Origin: Octopus vulgaris
Lineage: Eukaryota
Assembly: GCA_951406725.2 (NCBI GenBank)
Contig: OX597818.1
Location: 98,270,001-98,334,000 of the forward strand
Length of the DNA: 64,000 nucleotides
Direction of reading: 5' to 3'
In this document: piece after piece, positions 54,350 through 64,000 of the stretch
Layout: the number at the start of each line of letters is the position of its first letter
Numbering within the stretch: the first letter of the stretch is position 1
Position numbers and translations under genes: made by a program
Notes under the pieces: model-generated
What the model saw: the letters and a program-made list of their open reading frames with translations, nothing else
Database searches by the model: none
What the model was told of the DNA's origin: nothing

Positions 54350-56004
54350 GATCTTACGATCGTGAGAGCAACACTCTAACCAGTAGGCCATATTATTGGT
54401 TAAAAGTTAATTAAAATAGGTTAATGTCAAGGGCGTGGTCAAATTCTGCATTCACACTGACATATATTTACATACATTCACACTGACATATATGCATGCT
54501 TGCATATATTTATACACGATGACTGGAAAATAATGTTCGGGTATTACCATCAAGCCCGTGCATGAGGAATTTTTATAGTGGGAAAAGGATTTGCACAAAT
54601 CCAATCCCACTCTCTGAACATGGACAATATAAGCTGGGGAAAAAGAACTAGTCTACATCATCGAATATTGCCAGTGTTGCAGGTTTTCCCTCAGTGTTAC
54701 CCTCTCCTAGAGAGATGTTGCGACAACAACATAGGAGCCTCCCACTCTCAGTGGGCCAACCGCGCGCCTGGATACCAGCCAGATATTTCCACGTCCAGGC
54801 GCATACATACATGCATACACATACATATGCACATTACTTCATCGAATTGACCATGAAGGTCGAACACAGATAAAGGTAGCCGCGGGTTGGACAGAGACAT
54901 TAACGTGTATGAAAACGACAAAGATGGAAAAGAATGGGAGGGGCACCGGCGCCTGCCGACCTATAACCCCTCGAAATTATTGTTCGCAAAAAATTATAAT
55001 CACAAAAATTCAAAAATTAAAATTACAACATACATATACACATGTTGTTGGATGACCGTTGACTGCTCATAAGCTCTTCCACCCTTTGACAGGTCTTATT
55101 TTTCGTCCTGCAGGGTGCCCAACAATCAGCTTCCTCGCCAACCATGCTTTATGGGGTCGTCGGCGACTAAACCGACGACCCGACCATGCAATTGAAGACA
55201 TGATATACATATATACATATATACGTACATACATACGTACATATGTACATACATTCACATACATACATGCATGAATGTATGAGGATCAGTAGCTTCTCAT
55301 CGAATCGCAGCATTGCGATATTTGTTGGGAGTTCTTTCTGTCCCTCTGCCGATCAACTCTGGTGTTGTCCAGCGTTGGGTTTCGTCTCGCATTCTTTTCC
55401 TTCTGCACATCAAAGATCTATTTGATACCACATCTAACAAGGCCTTCCTTCCCTTATGCAACTGACACTACCCTTCATTTCTCCCGGACAATTCATGATC
55501 CACACACAGCCTAGAAATCACACGTCACACGTGCATTGATTCCATGAACGGCAAACTTGAGAGCCACACGGTGGTACTATGCCTATTTCCTCTCTTTAAC
55601 AAGACCGGTTTAGTGGAGGATACAAAGAACATGGACACTTCCACACTTTTTAATATAGTAAGCAAATACATATATGTGTGTGTGTATATATGTACGTGTG
55701 TATATATATAGATACATACAAGCATATACACACACACAAATTATAATAAGGGCTTAGGAAAATTTTCTAATCTACATGCTGAGAAATAGACGCTAAATCG
55801 TCTCACTACTTAAAGAATTCACAAACACACAATACATATATATATATATATATATGTTGAAATGGAAAGATGAATTATCTCGTTACGGATTATTCCAAAG
55901 TTTAACCGATACCTGGGTAGCAAAAATCACAGCAGAAAAAACACGGTTGGAGTTATGACCAAAGGGTGTTGCAACCGTGCGTTGGCGCGGATAATTGAAG
56001 TTTA

Positions 56005-56183
56005 ATATAATTAGTGAATGGAAGAAATGGAGCTGAACGAAGATTCTACAGAATTCCTTTTATTACATTCTATGGTATCCTTATTCAATCAGAATTTGGA
56101 AATTTGTGGCCTTTGAAACATGTGTAGAATGTAATAAAAGGAATTCTGTAGAATCTTCGTTCAGCTCCATTTCTTCCATTCAC

Positions 56184-56192
<9 letters not shown>
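56005..56192. repeat. Perfect 68-bp inverted repeat ending at (TA)n; the loop holds an HHR-like 3' half
   Basis: 56005-56072 pairs with 56125-56192. GAAAC-ATGT-GTA lies at 56115-56126. Confidence 0.75.
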
Positions 56193-56243
<51 letters not shown>

Positions 56244-56359
56244 CATCTCTCTCTCTCTCTCTCTGTCTATCTCTCTATACAGACATACATATATACATAC
56301 ATACGTTTAGTACGCATGCTGTACTTCCTCTTCTACGTAACATCTCAAATTATAAGAAT

Positions 56360-56430
<71 letters not shown>

Positions 56431-57871
56431 CTAGCAGCAGCAGCAGTAGTAGGAGCAGAAGTTGGCCATGCCCTTGACATTAACCTATTTTAATTAACTT
56501 TTAACCAATAAAATTTCCTACGTTTTAATCAGTCATTTTGTTTTACCAATTTAGTTTCATATCTTATTTTTTAAAAATTTATATATTTATTTTATTTTAT
56601 TCTACTTTTTTTTTCAAATGCTCATCAATCATCATTCATCATTCATTATTATCGTCATCAAATCATCATCATCATCAACAACAACAACAACATCATCAGC
56701 AGCAGCAGCAGTCACAACACCCCTCAACAACAACAACAACAACGATGACATATTCTGCCGAGCGAAACGAGAGCGGGTACATGCTAGTATGAAATGAAAT
56801 AGGTTCCAGGACAGAAATATATATCTGCTCAAAGAATTTCCAAAAAAAAATTTCTGAAATCCAATATTTTTATGTTGATTAAATGCCAGTATAAAACTGT
56901 ATACCGTTGTGACACCTACTTTAAAAACTGATCCTTAAGTAAACTGACAGGCATATCATATATTTACGATGGTTATTGAGTTGACTCATTTCAGCCTTAT
57001 CTGCATAAAGACCTTATCTTTTATCAGTAATCTGTAAGTGTTTATATTGTCAGAATTGCATATACGTAATAGAGTGGCCTTCTTATATATATAATACACT
57101 GAAGCTTTCTTGTATAAACTATTTCTAAGTCGGTTCTTTAGTGCTCCCTGCATTAAGAGAATTTAGCACCAGCTTAACTGTTGCTTTTCATGTTGATGAC
57201 GTCTCTGAATAACTTTAACCACTGTACACGCCACAATCTTGTACATGCTTTTGGCGATTATTTCATCAGTTCTTTGGCAAGCACGTTGGAGTCTATGCTT
57301 TGCTGATGAGGTCATAATAATAGCAAAGTATATCTTACTGAGACAATTAAAACAATGTTAGTTATTGACTAATATCAGTCGTTCTTTATAGCATCTTTTT
57401 TTTAATATTTAGTCTTTAAATTTTTCCCTACATGCCACCACTAACTTAACTATTCTTCATTCTGAGCCGTTAATTCTATCATTCATCTCTGGCCGTCAAT
57501 TCTATAGGTGTTAGTTATGCTTCACTTTAGGAACTGGTCAATTCCATCGATACGATTAGTTCTTCCAGCATCGTATGACTTGCCCCTTTTAATCTTCTTT
57601 TAATTCATTCCTTCGCTCAAACTGTACATCCATTCTGAGGTTCCCAAGGATTCTGATGGTAATTCTCATTTGGTCTAATCCCTCACTTCAGACTTGCCAA
57701 GCTTGATACATCTGCCAGGAGTATAAGCTCTTTGTGCCGTTGGAGTACGCGAACCCTACTACCAGGTTCAGAATAAGAATCAAAAGTAGATAATTTCTTA
57801 GAGAATCTGAAAGGGAACTTAAGCTGGGAACTACCTATAACTGTGATACTTTATACCTCTTCTGTCTAGAA

Positions 57872-57945
57872 CAGTGGTTCCCAATCTTTTCATTACCAAG
57901 GACCCCTTTTATTTAAATAAGTTTTCCCACGGACCCCTTTTAATT
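57872..57945 (+). mobile_element. Single terminus of a hAT (Charlie-like) element
   Basis: CAGTGGTTCCCAA preceded by GTCTAGAA, which fits an NTCTAGAN target. The other end was not found. Confidence 0.5.
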
Positions 57946-58019
57946 TGCTTATCTTTATGTATGTAAGTATGTATGTATGTATGTATGTATGTATATAAAT
58001 ATATATATATATATGTATA

Positions 58020-58063
<44 letters not shown>

Positions 58064-58087
58064 TATATATATATATATACATATATA

Positions 58088-58155
<68 letters not shown>

Positions 58156-58956
58156 AAAGTTTGTTTGGTAAAGCACGTGGGTGAATATATAAGAAAATAG
58201 TAAAGTGTGAAAAAACGACAGAAGGCTTAAATGTTAAAAATTATATATATTTGTGTCAAAATGTCTGGAGAATATTGGAAAAATTTTTTTCCTTTCCTTA
58301 AAATGATATAATTTTAAAATTTTTAAAGAAATTACCGGTTTCGCGTGTAGCTTTTCAAATTTCTTGTGACGTTATGTTTATATTGCATGGAATTATCGTT
58401 GTTTTTATTTCCAGGAGATTTCTAAATAAGGGGAGGTAGTGAGTGGTTTTTTCCGGTGTAGGGGAGATAATCGCTTAAAAATTTTTTTCCCATTTCCTTG
58501 TTAATTTCTCTGTGTCAGTATGTTCGGATGGTTGAGTCTGGGTTTGTACTTTTCAATGAAGAATGTTTCCTTGTTCAGTCTCATTTGTGTTGATGATCCG
58601 AAAGCACATTGGTAAAATGGGAAGATTAAAAATTGTGGCAGTAGTTGCTTTGCGCATTTCTCAATGTGCTCACTAAAAGGTATCATTCTATATTCTGGGA
58701 ATGCAATCTGTTGTCGATGCAGTGTGCATCTGCGCCTGAGTGATAGTCCCGTGGAACCCACGTAGTCTTGGTGGCAGCCCGAGCATTTAATAACATAAAT
58801 TATGTTTTCAGAGGCACAAGTAAAGTTAGATTTGATCTTAAATTTCTGTCCCTCTTTAAAGAAGAATTCTGATCCTTCCAATAGGTTAGGACATGTTGCA
58901 CAGTTCGATCTACCACATTTTTTTACTTTTGCATCCGTAATTTTAGAAGACAATTT

Positions 58957-61170
58957 CGCAAAAGGGCTCAAATTTACACCAACTCCACGCAGAGCAAACC
59001 TAAATGAACTCAAGGATAATATAACAGAATTTTGCAGAAAATTAAGACTAGCAGAAGCATCAAACAGTTTCAATACTGAAGATGAATCACTTGTCAAGAA
59101 CAAAAGTGAACACATCCCACACAGAGGAAGAAATAAAGATCTTGACGAATTCTGTAACCACATTGAGAACTTCCCCTACCATACTATACATAAACAGAAA
59201 GCTAACCCAAATTTTAACAATACACAATGGAAAGAACTGATAGAACTCCAAAATGATGAAGATATAACCATTAAGGAAGCGGACAAGGGAAATGCAGTTG
59301 TAATAATGGATACATCATACTACAGAAATCTTGTAATTTCCTTGCTTGATGAAGACCTACATTATGAAAAAATTACCAACTACACCCCACAAAAAATAAT
59401 GAAAACTCTATCTTCACTAATTAAAACCCTTGAAAAGGAACTGACAACCAAAGAGATTGATTTCCTAACAAACTTTAAATGCAAACCTAGCCTTTTCTAT
59501 GGTCTGCCAAAAATTCATAAAAGTCAAATTATAAATGAAACCATTAAAAAATCACCAAAGACATACATACACACACCTAATCCGGGGGACCTAAAACTAC
59601 GACCCATTGTAGCTGGCCCAACCTGTGAAACACACAGACTAAGTCTACTTATGGACATCCTCTTGAAACCCTTCCTTAAACATATCGATAGCCATATCAG
59701 AGATGACTTAGATATGTTAAACCACCTTCCAAAAAAAACCAAGGAAGAAACAATCCTGGTTTCATTTGATGTAATCAACTTGTATACCAGTATACCTCAT
59801 AATTATGGACTGGAGGCAATACAATTCTGGTTAGACCAATTTCCGGAAGAAATACCAAAAAGGATCAGTAAGGAATTCATTACTAAATCAATTGAATTCA
59901 TCCTACACAATAACCACTTCATGTTTGACAATACATTTTACCGTCAAAAATCCGGAATTGCTATGGGTACAAGGGCAGCACCAGTCATTGCGAACTTAAC
60001 AATGGGATACATGGAAATAATCATTTACCAGGAATCTCTATCAATCTTTGGAAACTCCCTCTCTCAATACATAAAAGAGAATTGGAAACGATTCCCAGAC
60101 GATTGTTTCATTCTCTGGAATGAAAACATAGATAAACTCCTAAAATTTAAAAACCTATTGAACAGCATAAACCCAAATATACAGTTCACAATGGAATACA
60201 ACCAAAAGGAGCTCCCGTTCTTGGATATACTAATTAAAAAAATTAACCTTAAAATAGAAACAGACATTTTTTACAAAGCCACAGACGCCAAACAATACCT
60301 TCTTTTAATTCATGCCACCCAAGACACACTAAAACAAACATCCCCTTCAACCTTGCAAGAAGGATATGCACAATAGTGTCAGAACAAAATACCAGGAACT
60401 TTAGACTGCAAGAACTCAAAAACACCCTAATTGACAGACATTACCCAGCTCAACTCATAGAGGATGGGATCAGACGTGCAACAGAAATCAACATAGAAAC
60501 TTTAAGAAAAGTTCAACACAACAACACACCTTCCCCGAAAATACTACCTTACATATCTACATACAACCCCAGAAACAAAGAAGCCTTCACCATCATCACC
60601 CAGAATTTACCAATACTTCATAAAAACCCAAAATTAAAGGAAATTCTAAACATACACCAAATCATTAAAAGCTACAAACAGCCTAAATCACTTAAAAAGA
60701 TTCTCACAAAGGCAAAATTGTCTTCTAAAATTACGGATGCAAAAGTAAAAAAATGTGGTAGATCGAACTGTGCAACATGTCCTAACCTATTGGAAGGATC
60801 AGAATTCTTCTTTAAAGAGGGACAGAAATTTAAGATCAAATCTAACTTTACTTGTGCCTCTGAAAACATAATTTATGTTATTAAATGCTCGGGCTGCCAC
60901 CAAGACTACGTGGGTTCCACGGGACTATCACTCAGGCGCAGATGCACACTGCATCGACAACAGATTGCATTCCCAGAATATAGAATGATACCTTTTAGTG
61001 AGCACATTGAGAAATGCGCAAAGCAACTACTGCCACAATTTTTAATCTTCCCATTTTACCAATGTGCTTTCGGATCATCAACACAAATGAGACTGAACAA
61101 GGAAACATTCTTCATTGAAAAGTACAAACCCAGACTCAACCATCCGAACATACTGACACAGAGAAATTAA
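58957..61170 (+). CDS. PLE polyprotein: reverse transcriptase, Cys linker and GIY-YIG endonuclease; 5'-truncated, frameshift near 60303
   Basis: KGLKFTPTP, KEADKGNAVV, FYGLPKIHK, RPIV, SFDVINLYTSIP, GIAMGT, RFPDD, LPFLD. CHPRH..NIPF appears after the shift, then CGRSNCATC and NIIYVIKC..CHQDYVGST..R..H..E..PRLN. Confidence 0.9.
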
Positions 61171-61306
61171 CAAGGAAATGGGAAAAAAATTTTTTAAGCG
61201 ATTATCTCCCCTACACCGGAAAAAACCACTCACTACCTCCCCTTATTTAGAAATCTCCTGGAAATAAAAACAACGATAATTCCATGCAATATAAACATAA
61301 CGTCAC

Positions 61307-61346
61307 AAGAAATTTGAAAAGCTACACGCGAAACCGGTAATTTCTT
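61307..61346 (+). ncRNA. Minimal hammerhead motif in the PLE 3' repeat, U3:A8 variant
   Basis: AAGAAAT-TTGAAAA-GC(TACAC)GC-GAAAC-CG-GTA-ATTTCTT. An antisense copy lies at 58326-58365. Confidence 0.7.
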
Positions 61347-61480
61347 TAAAAATTTTAAAATTATGTCATTTTAAGGAAAGGAAAAAAAAATTTTTCCTAT
61401 ATTCTCCAGACATTTTGACACAAATATATATATTTTTTAACATTTAAGCCTTCTGTCGTTTTTTCACACTTTACTATTTT

Positions 61481-61553
<73 letters not shown>

Positions 61554-61712
61554 AAACCAACCAAAATTGCAAAGAACTCGACTGAGGAAAGAAAACACCG
61601 AATGACCCGTCCTTGTTTTTTTTTTGTGTATCGTCAATCTGGATGTTTTGTTGTCACTTTTTTTGTATCACCTAACTGTCTGGATGTTTTGCGTTCTTGT
61701 CCCACTTTGTAT

Positions 61713-61773
<61 letters not shown>

Positions 61774-61969
61774 GATATATAGAAAGAACTGCTAGGTTCT
61801 ATAATCTAGCGTGTTGAATTCCTATAAGTAGATTCCTTATGTGTTTAAATATACACTATATCGTATGACTAATATATAGTCTTTTTGACTAAATTTTTTA
61901 CACGTTAGACCACTGGAAATGTAAATTTTAATTAATTTCCATTTCCCTTTGATATGATATATATATATA

Positions 61970-62026
<57 letters not shown>

Positions 62027-62155
62027 GTAAAAAATAAATACAGACATGGACAAGAACATGAAACACCAAAGAGACGACACAAGAACCACAGGACGGGACA
62101 TTCGAAGCCCTCAGTCATCAGTCAAGAACCAGATCATCTTCGCAATTTCGGCTGA

Positions 62156-62189
<34 letters not shown>

Positions 62190-62212
62190 AATGAATGTTT
62201 TTATATATAATG

Positions 62213-62267
<55 letters not shown>

Positions 62268-62593
62268 ATGTATATATATATTACTAGCTGCTGCCAACTA
62301 CCTAGAACTCACAAGAGTAAAAACGAGAGACAGACAGAAAAAAGGAAAATGTCCCTTGCATTTGAAAACTATGGAAATATTTTTAAAAACATTTCATTTA
62401 ATTTTTCCACAATATAATTGTTTTTCATACTTTAGTCTAAGTTGAAAAAGTTGCTTCCCAACAGTGGTTCAGTCCCATTGCGTGGCACTTTGGCCAAGTT
62501 TCTTTTACTATAGCCTCGGGCCGACCAAAACCTTGTGAGTGGATTTTGTAGACGGAAACTGTAAAAAGCCTGTCGTATATATATATATATATA

Positions 62594-62676
<83 letters not shown>

Positions 62677-63239
62677 GTATATGCATGTATGTATGTACAA
62701 CCGATGTAAAACGCAGAAAATTTCTGTATCGCTATTGGCTAAAAATACGTAGCTTCTTTCGATTTTTAAACCTCTAACTTTTTCCTCCAATGTTTTTCTC
62801 CACAGCATCATACCATCATAGCAATAAGAGTGGAAGACTACATTGTTATAGCCGATGACTACATTATTATAGCCGATTTGCTCGGCTAAACCCTTTAACG
62901 AGGCGCCCCCACCTACAGCAAGGCCACAGTTCATATAACCGAAACGAAAGAGAGAGCAAAAAAGAAAGCTCAAATGACATTAGAAAAATGTTGTTCCTAA
63001 TGTACGAAGGGACGGCTGTCGTCGTGGTTGAAACGTCTTTGAACTGCTAGAAATAAAGCGATGTCACCCTCAAACCCTTGTCTCTACCTGGTTGGAACTA
63101 TACGCACGAAGAAAACATTGAGCAGCGTTTAGTCCGGTGCTGTATAGGTTGTTGTTTCTTTTTAGGACAACCACAGCTGTGTTGCATGCGTTCTAATAAT
63201 AGCGTAGTGAAGACGTCTCTATCCTGTTTCTATAACAAA

Positions 63240-63253
63240 AAAAGAAGGAAGGA

Positions 63254-63307
<54 letters not shown>

Positions 63308-63451
63308 AAAAAGAAGGAAAGATAATGAAAAAAAGACAGACAGAAAATAAGAAAGAAAGAAAAAGAAAAGAAAAAAGAGAAAGAGAAAAATGAAGAAAAA
63401 GAGAGAAAGAAAAGTAGAAAGAGAGAAAGTAAAAGGGAAAGAAAGTGAGAG

Positions 63452-63502
<51 letters not shown>

Positions 63503-63505
63503 AAA
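63240..63505. repeat. (GAAA)n purine-rich tract
   Basis: Direct reading. Confidence 0.9.
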
Positions 63506-63828
63506 GTATGACAATCAGAACAAAAGTAAAGTCGACCAAAAGCTGTTGGCATAGCCAGCCAGTTAGCCAGCCAGCAGGCAGCTAGTCAGCAAGCCACCAA
63601 ACCAACCGACCAACCAACCAGCCAGCCAGCTCGGCTGTAAATATGAGATTAGGTCACTGCAAACATAAAAATAACATAAAACAAGAAGTGTTCCAGTGAG
63701 AAAATTAATACAACAACAAAACCGGAGATGAATCTCTAACACGTTTAACTTGTTTAACGAACAAAACACGTGTAATGAGGTTTTGTGTTTTTGGTGTATA
63801 CATACATGTGCCAGTTTATACATACCTG

Positions 63829-64000
63829 GGGCGGCGAGCTGGCAGAAACGTTAGCACGCCGGGCGAAATGCTTAGCGGTATTTCGTCTGCCGCTACGTTC
63901 TGAGTTCAAATTCCGCCAAGGTCGACTTTGCCTTTCATCCTTTCGGAAATCGATTAAATAAGTACCAGTTACGCACTGGGGTCGATATAATCGACTTAAT
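63829..64000 (+). mobile_element. SINE family B, consensus-like copy cut by the window end
   Basis: GGCGGCGAGCTGGCAGAAACGTTAG...GAGTTCAAATTCC (B-box-like)...GCCTTTCATCCTTTCGG. Confidence 0.85.

Larger units (their letters stand above)
58153..61489 (+). mobile_element. Penelope-like element (Neptune-type) with a 5' inverted repeat, inserted in (TA)n
   Basis: 58185-58956 is the reverse complement of 60715-61489. RT and GIY-YIG ORF run through the body. (TA)n lies on both sides. Confidence 0.92.

Noticed and set aside
57300-57385. CTGATGAGGTCA possible hammerhead
   Set aside because: No intact GAAA or stem I partner was found.
58501-59163. Apparent separate 220-aa GIY-YIG gene on the minus strand
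   Set aside because: It is the inverted duplicate of the PLE 3' end, and its N-terminus is antisense RT sequence.
61555-62160. HHR-like CTGAGGA / CTGATGA motifs in (TA)n-flanked repeats
   Set aside because: Stems I-III could not be assembled convincingly. They may be PLE-related remnants.

Overview
Eukaryotic, AT-rich, intergenic or intronic DNA saturated with microsatellites and transposable elements. The SINE repertoire and microsatellite load point to an octopus (cephalopod) genome; this is an inference. No host protein-coding gene can be supported, and most listed ORFs are translations of (TA)n, (CA)n, (TACA)n, (ATT)n or (CAT)n tracts. Real coding sequence is all TE-derived: a near-intact L1/Tx1-clade ORF2 (35904-39337, one frameshift), a Neptune-type Penelope-like element (RT plus GIY-YIG, with a ~770-bp 5' inverted repeat, 58153-61489), and decayed RTE, RLE-type LINE, PLE, Tc1 and mariner fragments. 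Also present are mariner/maT MITEs, a non-autonomous Helitron and many tRNA-derived SINEs. The main hidden signal is a set of at least seven sequence-unrelated small elements carrying type I hammerhead ribozyme (HHR) motifs, most of them fold-back or partial-tandem and several embedded in microsatellites. Their cores covary at the 3:8 tertiary pair (C-G, U-A, G-C) and their minimal stem III is palindromic. One of them is a TSD-flanked element with a tRNA-derived head and an HHR tail, resembling a Penelope-mobilised SINE. All ribozyme calls were read by eye and are untested.
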